Shown here one piece after another: positions 44,106 to 56,955 of a stretch of 64,000 bases of DNA (positions within the stretch are counted from its first letter, which is position 1; every line of letters begins with the position of its first letter). The stretch spans positions 15,175,028 to 15,239,027 of the forward strand of contig CM082576.2 of the NCBI GenBank assembly GCA_040954595.2. Reading direction: 5' to 3'. This DNA is from Balanoglossus misakiensis (Eukaryota > Animalia > Hemichordata). The translations under genes and the position numbers were made by a program. The notes beneath the pieces were generated by a model. That model was not told the origin of the DNA, searched no databases, and saw nothing but the letters and a program-made list of their open reading frames with translations.

Positions 44106-45274
44106 CACATTTCCCCTCGAGAAACACGACCCACAAATAAACAGTGTTGTCGCTATTTTTTGGTGTCCGCCTATTAAAACTTGAAAACATATGGCAAACG
44201 GCCAAGGAGGATGCCGGCTTTCCCACAGCGCAACCAGTGGTGGAAAGGGAAACGATCATTTTCACCAGCCTATCTACTTGCATTTCTTTTTACGTATCCC
44301 ACCCTGGCCCTGTTAAACATTTCCCCTCACGGAACATGATCCAAAAATAAACAGCGGTGTCGCTTTTGTTTTGGTGTCCACCTATTAAAACTGGAAACAT
44401 ATGGCAAACTACCAAGAATTGTTGGGAGGATGTCGGCTGTACTATAGGCACTAGCGCCACCAGTGGTGGATAGGGAAACGATGGTGGCCAAAAATCATTG
44501 TGTTCTGACTTCAACTTTGAAGGAGCAGCCAATACACCTTCACGACTTCCGGCGGCAGTTGTTGTATCAGGAGGTTTGGCGCCCTCCTGCCTCAAATAGA
44601 TCACTGTATGACCTAGAGGTCAGCCCAGCCTCACTAACCCGGATGGACGCCAGCCCTAGGTTCCCCAGATGGAAGGAGAATCAGACTGATTGCCGACCCC
44701 GAACAACTAAGACGTTTCGCCTTCTTGTTCCCGAAGCATTAGTCAACAACCGAACTGAACGATAGCTACACTATCCCGTTCGTATCAACGGCCTACTAGG
44801 CGAGTTATTCTCATTGGTACAAAGTCGCTGATACGACACAGTCAATGAATGGCAGCGATGTTTCCATCAAAGCTACTGTTTTCGCTGAACACTGCGTCTC
44901 ACATGACTAGGCAAAAGGACGCGTCACGAAGATAGACCTAATCTATCTATCTACCTTACTTACCTTTGGTGTTTGTCACCGAGGCAGGGTACCAGCCAAA
45001 GTGGAATTGCTTTACCCAGAGTTCCCCGGGGTTTTGAACTTAGATTAGATTTTAGGAGAGACTTTTACTGATTCTGTGTGTACCACATCGCGGCACTGAT
45101 CCGGACCCAAATACCCGATTGTAAAGACATCGAAGAACTATACCGACGAGCAATCTGAGTAAGTAATCTGAGTAAGTAGGACTGTCGCGCTCCAACTAGT
45201 AGTTTCACAACACTGGAAGCGGTTTAAAACACTTCACTACTTTGGGTTCACAGCAGCAGTGAGATCCTCTGATA

Positions 45275-45720
45275 GAGTACCGGTACATGCACTAGTTCTT
45301 TTTGAAGTCACCCAGAAGACAAGTGTTATCCCGATGTCAAATAATAATGGCACCGTTGAGACAGGTTACAAAGTGAAAGTGCAATGGAGAGAAAGGCAGA
45401 AGTTGGAGAGACTCGATGCTACGATCCTGTCTTTATCTGGCGAGTTCATGAATTTTGTTTGGGGCGGGGGGGGGGGGGGTTCTGCAGTTAGTAAGGAAAT
45501 GTGTTTCTCTTATTTTGCCACAAACTGAAGACTGTAACTTTAATCTGTGTACACGTACCTAAGGGAAATATTTAATGCCAACATCACAAACAAAACACGG
45601 CTCGTATACTGTTTTTTTAATTGTTTCTCGTTTCTGTAACTTATCTTCTTTACATTACCCCCTCCAATAGATGAAATGTCTATTTTACGAGGTGCCGAAG
45701 AAGAACGGTGTCGTCAACTG
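45275..45720 (+). pseudogene. Two-exon N-terminal fragment resembling BEN-domain-associated transposon accessory proteins
   Basis: HALVLFEVTQKTSVIP..GYKVKVQW..DATILSLS, intron, acceptor at 45670, DEMSILRGAEE. Confidence 0.45.
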
Positions 45721-46399
45721 GAGGGAGTCAGTCATGTCGGGTTCGGCTCGGCTGAAAGAGGTTCTGGCAAAAAGACTGTTGGTAGAGACCAACTCGCCGC
45801 TGTGTGGCTTGGATGCTGCAATAGGGGCTGTTCCCCGAGTTCACATTGGGGATGTGGCCATGGAAGTGGAACGGGGGCGTGAGGTGCACTTTCAAGAACA
45901 GTTGGAAGACTCTAAGGAGAATGCCAGATGCCTCTACAGACTGTAGGAAGGGAAAAAGGAAAGACAGTTACGCGTTACCCCCGTGGAAACCGTGCAACTG
46001 CATATCCAACATGTAAAATGGCAGGATCCGACCTGCAGACCCAAGGGGTAAGGTTGCAGGCCGAACTGTCAAGGAAACAGTTAACCAGACCATGCAGGCA
46101 ACATGAACTGACAGGGAGAGACCCAGGGGGATCCCACATCTTGGAAAAGAAAAATAAAGAACCAAAAAAGAAAGAAAACCTGGAGGAAGGTAGTGGACAA
46201 TACCCAGAGTTCCCAGAGGGAAGGCCTGTGACATCATCTTCCCATTCCACTGAATTGTCAGTTGACGATATTAATTTCTCTCGTTATGTGGATCCACACT
46301 GTCTTCATATGACTACAAACAAACCGACAACAGTAACTGCAGTGGGTATGTGCACGAATTGAGTCTGACAGGCACAAGAGTTACCACACAACTGCAAAC

Positions 46400-47190
46400 T
46401 AACACCAATTAATACGTACATGAGATTGATATCCTTTTGGGACAAAAACATTATGACTCTCTAAATATTGCAACTAATGAAAAACAGCCTGTTACTTTGC
46501 AAAACATCAAAATGCAACCATGCTACAACAAAATTGATGAGGACGAATTGAAACTCCAAAATAACACAACCATCAAATGATCAAAGTCATCAACACATGC
46601 CCATTCAATTACTCTAAGCAACCACTCATCAACACAGTCAACATAAAAAAGGTTTATGAACACATTAATGTTACTGCCCACATCATACAACAAGACAACA
46701 TTCAATATGGTTTAAAAAAACACTCACAAGGCACTCCCAATGAGAAACCACATCATTTCTGATCACACAGCAGCCATTCGATTATCAACTTGGGGCCCAT
46801 TCAGCAACACTCTACAGAACAACACATCCTACAGTTTCCATGAACTAACAGTCAGATCATACCTTGGCCAGAAATACCTATCAACACACACAATGGCACC
46901 TACCCCAACACTAGACAACTTTGTGACACATTACAATGACCCAAACACAAACACAAACACCATCATCACCAAACCACACCTCTGCTCCTTCCAGAAAACA
47001 CTCACATGCATTAAACAGCACTGCAACCACACCATAGATTACCCCGATGACGCACTTCCCACACTTATCAAATGCACCAAATGCCATTCATCACAACACA
47101 CAGCAAACATGCCCATACAATTCACAGGATCAATCACAGTCAAATACAACGATGAATTCCTTGTGCTGTACTTCAACAAAACAACACTCA
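46400..47190 (+). pseudogene. OB-fold plus zinc-ribbon (RPA/SSB-like) fragment
   Basis: ISDHTAAIRLSTWG..SYSFHELTVRSYLGQKYLST and C..C/C..C. Confidence 0.6.
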
Positions 47191-49249
47191 GGATATATCG
47201 TACTGTAAGCCAAATACTGAAAGAGTATGCAACATCAGCTGGCATCGATACTGACAATACATCAAGGATCAGATTTTGTCAGAAGGGTACGCTGTAAAAC
47301 GTTGAAAGGTCTTGGAGGGGAGGTGTCAATCAAATCACAGTATACAAGAGAGAGAGAAAAAAAAATTCTGGCAGGAGGCACAAAATGTAGTTCCTAAGAG
47401 TTCCTGAGTTTGTGGCAGTAAAGTATCAGGTAAATAAATATCATGCAATTGTGTGAGACTGACAAGACACTGGTCAGGAACAACTCAGTTGAGTGACATG
47501 GTTTGTCACAAACTATTAGTGCTCAGAGTAAGGAGAAAGTTAAAACTAACATGTTAAACGTCTTAAATTGTCCGTATTTTCTCAGTAAATTGTACAAAGC
47601 GTACATGCAGGGGGACTGGGTGGTAACATCCTTCATTGACACACCATGCCTTGGAATTGTCCAGATTGTCTTGCCCAGCGGTCAAATTCAAGTAAACTAC
47701 AAACGCTACATTGCTGATAATACCTTCACAGATGCACCAAAAGAGGACATTTTCAGAACAGACCCTCAGTATGTAATCATGAAAGTTGATGTGAAGATTT
47801 CACGGAAGAAGAATAGAGTTGAGGACAGTGGAATGTTATCCTGAAGAAGTGGAAGTCTTTCAAGGTGCCACATGGCAGCCACCCTTTGTTTTAGTATGCC
47901 AATTACCAGTGCCTGTATAAGAGTATTTACAGATATTTAGAGTGAAGTTTTGATAACATTCCTTGTTCCTTTTAAAATCTACAAAAACTTTCCTGTAACA
48001 TTTCCTGTTTTTTGACATACTTGAAATCATATTTCGTGGTGATGCTAAAGCAAACGAAAGTTATGTAGCTATGACTAAATACAGTACAATTAACATTATC
48101 CTAAACATTTTGGTTGATTCCTTTCTCCATACCTCACAAAAAAACCTTTTTAAGCAAATGTGTAAAATCAGTCAATTCATCCATGCCTGTCTTTAGGTAA
48201 CATCAAGCAGAAAAAAGGCTATCAGATGTATTCAACAGTCGAAATATAAACAAGCGTTTACGGTGCTGGCAGGAAGTAGCTCCTCAGCAAAGCGTGCTTT
48301 AATGACTGTTGTTGCAAAGATGATTAAACAAGAGGTGAAAAGCTACTGTAAAGGCCAACGGCAGACGTCAAAGCCAGTTACCATGGAGAACTTGATCTCA
48401 TTCACCTAGGATGACATCACCACTGAGATAAAACAAGAAATACCACTTACATTTACTTGTCTGACATCTATGGTGGTAAAGAAACACAGAAACTTGTAAG
48501 TATTATCTTCACACAAGTCCCTTCTACCAATTAAATGAATTTGTGTCACATATATGTATGGATATGTAATGCTTACTTTAACAAAAAAAGCTAGATGAAC
48601 CATATCTGATGTGTAGTAATTCCAATCTACAATTGGTGGTAAGTCTACAATTATTTGTACTCAATTTATGAATAGGTTTAAACTGTTAATGTTAAAGTCA
48701 AATAGTGAAAGTTTTTTTGCCAGATTTATTTGATATTTCTTTTGGAAACAATCAATATACAGCTAAAGTCTCTAAAAGAGAGAGACAGTGATGCAATATG
48801 TAGAGTAACAAAATTTAACAACTCTTTGAAATTATCTTTTTTTTGTAGTAGCAAGGATGGTCATGTTCAAGCTTATGACACAGGTTAGGACTGCAGTAGA
48901 TGAACTAAATTGCACTGGAATAGGCTTTACCTACCGGTATATGTACATCAATTTATATGTGTACCAATACACATTATTATGTGTGTCATGTATAATGTTT
49001 GCTTGATTACTTTTTATTTTCAGTAGAATTGACACTTGCAAGTATCGAGAGGCTACGCTTGCAAGTATCGAAAGGATGGAGTATTTGTTCAGCGAGTCAT
49101 GCTGTGGAGTGGAACGTACAGTCATTACCACATGCATAAAAGGTATAGAATAGGCTTTACCTATATGTACATCAATTTATATGTGTACCAATACACATTA
49201 TTATGTGTGTCATGTATAATGTTTGCTTGATTACGTTTTATTTTCAGTA

Positions 49250-49340
49250 GAATGAAGTAAATGGCAGCTATAACATGGACAAAGAGGGCTTGAAAGGTTG
49301 TCTGGAGTTCCTGAGAAAGAAAGGAATCGACATTCATCAT
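49250..49340 (+). pseudogene. Kolobok transposase fragment
   Basis: NEVNGSYNMDKEGLKGCLEFLRKKGIDI after a TTTTCAG acceptor. Confidence 0.55.
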
Positions 49341-50124
49341 GAGAAGGGGTGAACTTAACTAGTGCGATTGCACTATTTTCCAACCTCCTTTTCACTTTAT
49401 CAGTACATTATTTACCATTCGATGTAAAAATTGAAAGTGAATAAAAAAGTGAATTGAAAATTGAGTTGGCAATTTTGCCCTCAAAAAGAAAGGCTTTCAG
49501 AGACAATGATTAGATTCTCAGTTGCCTCACTCAAAGTTGACAGCTGTTGAAGTGTTAGAGTGCGAGTTTGATGTGAAAGCTTCCCCCCCCCAGGTAAGAT
49601 TCGTTACACGTGCACAAGTTGTGCAAGTCTATTGGCTAAAATTCACAACTCCAAGGAAAAATACGGCAGTTTTTCGCAATCCTTTCTTGAGAGCAAAGCC
49701 AAGGAATCTTACATGGCAAAAACGATCTCACCTATAAGATCGCCAGCAAAATCACCTATGCAGCTACACAAGAGGAGACGAGTAAGTGGTACACCACTGA
49801 AGAACTTAAAAGTTCCAAACACTTCAAGGGTAAGAATGACAATTTGGATCTGTGTGGCCATGCATTGTTGATGCAAATAAATATCCATACAGTGAAACCT
49901 GTGTGAACCAAGTGATGACATTTCATCTTCCCTAGAATCAATAGTTGTCAGACTTTACATTCAGATCAGGTGCTTTTCATTTGCAAAGAGCCTGGAAGAG
50001 CTGTACAAAAGGAAGAACAACTTGCATACCAAGGGGTCAAAGGGTTTAAGAAAGTCATTACCCTGAAATATTTGCTGACGGGCAAGATTTCCTATGTTTG
50101 GAAACTTAGAGCAAATACATGCAT

Positions 50125-50970
50125 GACAAAAGTCATTTACAATTGTAGTTGTGTGTTTGTATTGTGGATTGACACTTGCAAGTATTGAAATGATAGAGCA
50201 TTTGTAAAGTCGTTTACAATTATAGTTATGTGTTTGTATTGTGAATTAACACTTGCAAGTATCGAAAGGATAGAGCATTTGTAAAGTCGTTTACAATTAT
50301 AGTTATGTGTTTGTATTGTGAATTACACTTGCAAGTATCGAAAGGATAGAGTATTTGTAATGTCCTTTACAATTATAGTTATGTGTTTATATTGTGGATT
50401 GACACTTGCATGTATCGAAAGGATAGAGTATTTGTAACGTCGTTTACAATTATAGTTATGTGTTTGTATTGTGAATTAACACTTGCAAGTATCGAAAGGA
50501 TAGAGTATTTGTGAAGTCGTTTACAATTATAGTTATGTGTTTGTATTGTGGATTACACTTGCAAGTATCGAAAGGATAGAGTATTTGTTACGTCGTTTAC
50601 AATTATAGTTATGTGTTCGTATTGTGGATTGACACTGGCAAGTATCGAAGGATAGAGTATTAGTAACGTTGTTTACAATTATAGTTATGTGTTTGTATTG
50701 TGAATTACACTTGCAAGTATCGAAAGGATAGAGTATTTGTTACGTCGTTTACAATTATAGTTATGTGTTCGTATTGTGGATTGACACTGGCAAGTATCGA
50801 AAGGATAGAGTATTAGTAACGTTGTTTACAATTATAGTTATGTGTTTGTATTGTGGATTGACACTGGCAAGTATCGAAAGGATAGAGTATTAGTAACGTT
50901 GTTTACAATTATAGTTATGTGTTTGTATTGTGAATAACACTTGCAAGTATCGAAAGGATAGAGCATTTGT
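50125..50970. repeat. 76-77-bp tandem repeat, about 11 copies
   Basis: GTTTACAATTATAGTTATGTG...GTATCGAAAGGATAGAG periodic (50212, 50289, ...). Confidence 0.95.
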
Positions 50971-51130
50971 TGAGTCATGCTTTCTAAGTGAAAGACTCGG
51001 TCGAGACCCAATGGAAGCCCATTTCAGTAAACACAGAAATCGTGGAGGTGCTAACAATGACCCAACTGTGGCTACCTTTGTTTATCAAGAAAATGCAATA
51101 AGGCTTCAAAGGTCTCATCATCTTGCTTGT
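50970..51130 (+). pseudogene. P-element/THAP9-type transposase C-terminal fragment (duplicate at 54180-54340)
   Basis: FLSERLGRDPMEAHFSKHRNRGGANNDPTV. Confidence 0.75.
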
Positions 51131-51784
51131 GTAACTGGAACTACTTTTGAGAACAATGCCCCAGGAGAACGAAAGAGGAAGATAAGGAAGACTGGGAATG
51201 AAGAAGTCAACGCATTGACCTGGGAGTGTATAAGATACGCCATTATAGCATCATTGTGTGGTGTATGGACTACTCTTTGCCAAACAAGCTTGTATTTATG
51301 AGTTTTACTTTAGTAATGACTGCTTCATATATATTCAAGAGCCAGAAACAGGCTGGAAGAATTGCACACGAATTTAGTAAAAATGAACACTGAGCTGGCA
51401 CAGAAAGGAAGTTCTACTTATGTATCAACTTTTGTGGAAGATCATTCAAGGATGCCGTGGCGAGAAAAATTCCTAGTCAGCGAGCCCCTCCTACAAGAAC
51501 GCGCCATGTCGTTTGCCAAGGACTTGAAAGTCAATGACTTCAAGGCATAGAATGGGCTGGCTGGCCCGTTTCCGACGGCGTCACAATGTTGGTTTCAGCA
51601 TCATGTCAGGTGAGAGTGGGGATGTCGACAACGATGTCGTCGCCGACTGGAACAAGAAATTGTCACCGCTACTCGAAGGTTACAAGCCGAGATTTTTCTC
51701 CATTTATTAGTAATGAGTTTAGGTTAATTAATTATATTTCTCAGTTCCACTTTATTCTATTTCTTAGTTATTTAGTTATAGTAT

Positions 51785-51946
51785 GTAGGCCCATTTGCAT
51801 ATCCACCCTACCCAATTCCCTGTTGTCCACACCCTTCACCATCATTCAGGCATCAGTATCTGACGAGTGTAGGCCCCGATTACACGAAACTGAACAGTAA
51901 TACATCGCCTATGTCAAAACAGCCTTAGTTCCCTTGCACACTCTAC
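51785..51946 (+). mobile_element. 162-bp ribozyme-bearing insert (retrozyme/Penelope-like) flanked by 12-bp direct repeats
   Basis: TAGTTATAGTAT at 51773-51784 and 51947-51958; a single copy and no insert at the paralogous site near 54977. Confidence 0.65.
51848..51910 (+). ncRNA. Type I hammerhead ribozyme
   Basis: Stem I GTAT/ATAC (plus AGGC/GCCT), core CTGACGA, stem II GTGTA/TACAC, GAAA, stem III ACT-GAAC-AGT, GUA cleavage triplet (cut after 51899). Confidence 0.8.
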
Positions 51947-54659
51947 TAGTTATAGTATTAGATTTTGTTCATTCTGTTATCGTTCCTCTTGCTCTATCCA
52001 TCGCTTCGCTTTTGAATATTTTTCTAGATTTCTCAGTTCTGCTTTTTTATTATATTTCATAGTTCAAATTAGTTATAGTATTAGTTTTTGTTCATTCAAA
52101 TTTCGTAGTTATTTAGTTTATATATATATTATTAGTTTTCTTAGTTATTATATTTTCCTAGTTCTGATTAGTTATAGCTATAGTATAGAAAGCACTTCCA
52201 GTTTGCTTCGAACCTTGGCAGGCATGTTCCTTGTGTTGTTACGACACGCCCTATTTAGTTGTGTACGGTTGGGTACTTGGTTGAGAGAAGTAGTATTCAT
52301 TTTGCATGACAAAGGCAATATTGTCATTATAATATTATTTAGCCAGGTGGTCACTGGTATAAATGCGTGCTCTCAAAATTCACATGGAACACTTCATGAC
52401 ACTGCATGAAAGGAGCATGTCACTCTGAACTGGCATCCCTGTTGTGCCACGACTGGCGACTCTGAGAACTGACTGACTGGCCCTGCACAAGATTTACCGC
52501 GTTGCTTGTCTGGTGTGAGAAAGGACAGACTGAGGACAACAGACTTGTGTACCTGCATGCTCTGTGATGCCAGTTTCTTCATACAGCCACGTCGCAACCT
52601 GGACTGTGAGACTGAGGAGACATAGTACAAATTTCCTCTCGACCAAGCAGGGTAAATCTATAATATTTTTTATTGCAAGATTTTTTCATCACCAGAAATA
52701 AATGGTTTTGATTAAATATTTGTTGTTGAACAAATTAAGAGCTCCATTGTGCGCTCCAAGGTTATTTCTACCGTAACAATGTATTTACCAGGCAGCGTTT
52801 TTTAAAGTGCAGGAAATATAGAATAGGAAATTTCCACCACCCTAAATAAAACACTGGCTTTTAAAAATTGTACTGAATCGGAGGGTATCTCGTGATTAGA
52901 CGAAATTTGCCAATACAGGTTTACATCTTATGTGAAAAGTGAATTAAAAAGTAAACAATATGAAATTGCATTATAATAAAGTTATCAAAGTTTACACGAT
53001 GGACCTTTACACGATACTTGAGTAGCTCGATCGCTGACCATTCATGAGTTCATTCTCGCTTTTTAGGTGTATAAAAACGTTATGTGCAAAGTCTACTCTA
53101 ATCGCCACGAAGAATTGGACGCCTATCAGCGAGACATAGCGGACATGTCGCTCTACGAATATCACCGGCTAGGGCCGTGGCTTTGCTGCTGAATCACAAT
53201 ATCAAGGTCGATTGGTCTCGCTGGAACACTACGTTATATTGTTCGATTTTTTTGTATGCTGGGCTGACCAATGAACAACAACTGTGGCTTGCTAATGAAC
53301 ATAAAATTGGAGAATTCCACCATCCAATGGCATTTCAGGGAAAGATAAATATTGGATGATATTTTTACTACTTTAACTTCTAAACCACTATAGTTCGGAC
53401 CAAATCCATTGATTTTTATGGTAATTTATGACATGTACACAAAGAAAATTTGGGTGAAAGGGTTATAAAGACCCACTATCGGTATCTTTTGTTAGCTCTG
53501 CTGTCAGTGACGTGGAGCTTATCACATAGGTGGACTGTGTTGTTAGGGATGACCATAGCCAATTGTACTTAATTGGAGGGTATCTCGAGATTAGACGAAT
53601 TTTGCCATACAGGTTTACATCCCATGTGTCATTGTCAAACTACTGCTAATATGGCCAATGATTTGACTGCCAACTTAAACAAATATATCCAAACTTGTGT
53701 TGTAACACGTACAATTTCCTTTTTTTCTCCGCCAACATAATTCACTGAACAAATGTGTATTATTTCTTTTTGCAAGTCAGTGTTTGTCTTCATACTCTCT
53801 GACCAGAGCAAAAGAAGAAAGCTGTTCACTGCTGTGCCAGACTTCAAAAAACTTGACGAACCCTTCTTTAATGTGAGGTTAAATAAGGAGCTACAGCCAG
53901 TGCTGGCATTTATAATGAATAACCAAGATTCACCAGTTGTAGAAGAATTTGCAAGTTCCATGGTGGAGGTGCTCTTTCCAGAGATTTGCGTTCAAGAGAT
54001 ATCACCAGCATCACTCGATAATCTTTGTTCAGCTTTTCATGCTTTGCGGTTAAGTCCTTTAACAACCAATGTAACTGTTGCATTCCTTAAGGATAGAGTA
54101 TTTGTAACTCGTTTACAATAATAGTTATGTGTTTGTATTGTGAATAACACTTGCAAGTATCGAAAGGATAGAGCATTTGTTGAGTCATGCTTTCTAAGTG
54201 AAAGACTCGGTCGAGACCCAATGGAAGCCCATTTCAGTAAACACAGACATCGTGGAGGTGCTAACAATGACCCAACTGTGGCTGCCTTTGTTTATCAAGA
54301 AAATGCAATAAGGCTTCAAAGGTCTCATCATCTTGCTTGTGTAACTGGAACTACTTTTGAGAGCAATGCACCAGGAGAACGAAAGAGGAAGATAATGAAG
54401 ACTGGGAATGAAGAAGTCAACGCATTGACCTGGGAGTGTATAAGATACGCCATTATAGCATCATTGTGTGGTGTATGGACTACTCTTTGCCAAACAAGCT
54501 TGTATTTATGAGTTTTACTTTAGTAATGACTGCTTCATATATATTCAAGAGCCAGAAACAGGCTGGAAGAATTGCACACGAATTTAGTAAAAATGAACAC
54601 TGAGCTGGCACAGAAAGGAAGTTCTACTTATGTATCAACTTTTGTGGAAGATCATTCAA

Positions 54660-54900
54660 GGATGCCGTGGCGAGAAAAATTCCCAGTCAGCGAGCCCCTC
54701 CTACAAGAACGCGCCATGTCATTTGCCCAGGACTTGAAAGTCGATGACTTCAAGGCATCGAATGTCTGGTTGGACCGTTCCCGACGGCGTCACAATGTTG
54801 ATTTCAGCATCATGTCAGGTGAGAGTGGGTATGTCGACAACGATGTCGTCGCCGACTGGAACAAGAAATTGCCATCGCTACTCGAAGGTTACGAGCCGAG
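54660..54900 (+). pseudogene. Tigger/pogo CENP-B HTH fragment (duplicate at 51450-51690)
   Basis: PVSEPLLQERA..DFKASNVWLDRSRRRHNV..SGESG..VVADW. Confidence 0.85.
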
Positions 54901-56729
54901 ATTTTTCTCCATTTATTAGTAATGAGTTTAGGTTAATTTATTATATTTCCCAGTTCCACTTTATTATTATATTTCTTAGTTATAGTATTAGTTTTTGTTC
55001 ATTCTGTTATCGTTCCTCTTGCTCTACAGTTGCTCAATTATCCATCCGTTAGCCTTTGATAGATTTTTCTTGATTTCTTGGATGTTTATATTTCTCAGTT
55101 CTGCTTATTATTTTATATTTCTTAGTTCAAATTAGTTATACCGGTAGTATTAGTTGTTCATTCAAATTTCTTAGTTAGTTTAGTTTAGTTTATTATATAT
55201 TATTAGATTTCTTAGTTCTGATTAGTTATAGCTATTGTATAGAAAGCGCTTCTCACTTTGCTTTGAACTGTAGCAGGCATGTTCCTTGTGGTGATTGAAG
55301 TAAGATATTGTACAATTATGGTGAAATTTGCATATTTGTGTTTTGCCACTTTAGAATATAGTTTTCTTGATTTCATAAGATGTTACTTTAGACTAGTTTA
55401 TCATATTTCTCAGTTCTGCTTTATTATTATATTTCTTAGTTCAAATTAGTTATAATTAGTTATAGTATTAGTTTTTGTTTATTCAAATTCTTAGTTACTT
55501 AGTTTATGATATGGGCCATCACAAGCAGAAAGGGGTCTTATGGTCAAAATTATCGATTTTGAGATTTTTACATTTTTCAACAGCTCACGTGGTCATCTGT
55601 CACGAAAAACCTCCCTCACTCTAAAATTCACTCTATAACTATGATTTTCGCCCTCTAGAAAATGTGACCTCTGACCTCTGATGATACAGTTTTTCTTATG
55701 GTTTTTCTTTTGATCTGACAGTTGTTGTTACATGTGTATAAATTACAATTTAAAGTGTTTATCACAATTCTTTTCAACATTTCCATTATTTATACCAGAA
55801 AATAATCAAGAAATCTAATAATATATTATATTATTAGATTTCTTGATTATATTTTCTTAGTTCTGATAAGTTATAGCTATAGTATAGAAAGCGCTTTTAA
55901 GTTTACTTTGAACCTTGGCAGACATGTTCCTTGTGTTGTTACAACACGACGTATTTAGTTGTGTATGGTTGGGTACTTGGTTGAGAGAAGTAGTTTCTTT
56001 TTGCATGACAAAGGCAATATTGTCATTATAATATTGTTTAGCCAGGTGGTCACTGGTATAAATGCGTGCTGTCAAAAACACTTCATGACACTGCATGAAA
56101 AGAGCATGTCACTCTGAACTGGGATCGCTGTTGTGCCACGACTGGGGACTCTGAGAACTGACTGACTGGCCCTGCACAAGATTTACCGCGTTGCTTGTCT
56201 GGTGTGAGAAAGGACAGACTGAGGACAACAGACTTCAGTACCTGCATGCTATGTGATGCCAGTTTCTTCATCCAGCCACGCTGCAACCTGGACTGTGAGA
56301 CTGAGGAGACATAGTACAAATTTCCTCTCGACCAAGCAGGGTAAATCTATAATAACTGTTATTGCAAGATTTTTTCATCACCAGAAATAAATGGTTTTGA
56401 TTAAATATTTGTTGTTGAACTAATTAAGAGCTCCATTGTGCGCTCCAAGGTTATTTCTACCGTAACAATGTATTTACCACTGAAGGCAGGCACCATTTTT
56501 TAAAGTGCAGGAAATATAGAATTGGAAATTTCCACCACCCTAAATAAACACTGGCTTTTAAAAATTGTACTGAATCGGAGGGTATCTCGTGATTAGACGA
56601 AATTTGCCAATACAGGTTTACATCTTATGTGAAAAGTGAATTAAAAAGTAAACAATATGAAATTGCATTATAATAAAGTTATCAAAGTTTACACGATGGA
56701 CCTTTACACGATACTTGAGTAGCTTGATC

Positions 56730-56955
56730 GCTGACCATTCATGAGTTCATTCTCGCTTTTTAGGTGTATAAAAACGTTATGTGCAAAGTCTACCCTAATC
56801 GCCACGAAGAATTGGACGCCTATCAGCGAGACATAGTGGACATGTTGCTCTATGAATATCACCGAGCGTTTTCGGCTAGGGCCGTGGCTTTGCTGCTGAA
56901 TGACAATATCAAGGTCGATTGGTCTCGCTGGAACACTACGTTATATTGTTCGATT
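56730..56955 (+). pseudogene. DIRS/Ngaro gag fragment of another family (duplicate at 53035-53245)
   Basis: LTIHEFILAF..YPNRHEELDAYQRDIVDM..YEYHRAFSARA..VDWS. Confidence 0.7.

Noticed and set aside
44703-44752. Second, minus-strand Penelope-like hammerhead (TTGACTAA-stem-GAAACGTC)
   Set aside because: The core deviates from CUGANGA and no stem I is visible; at most a decayed relic
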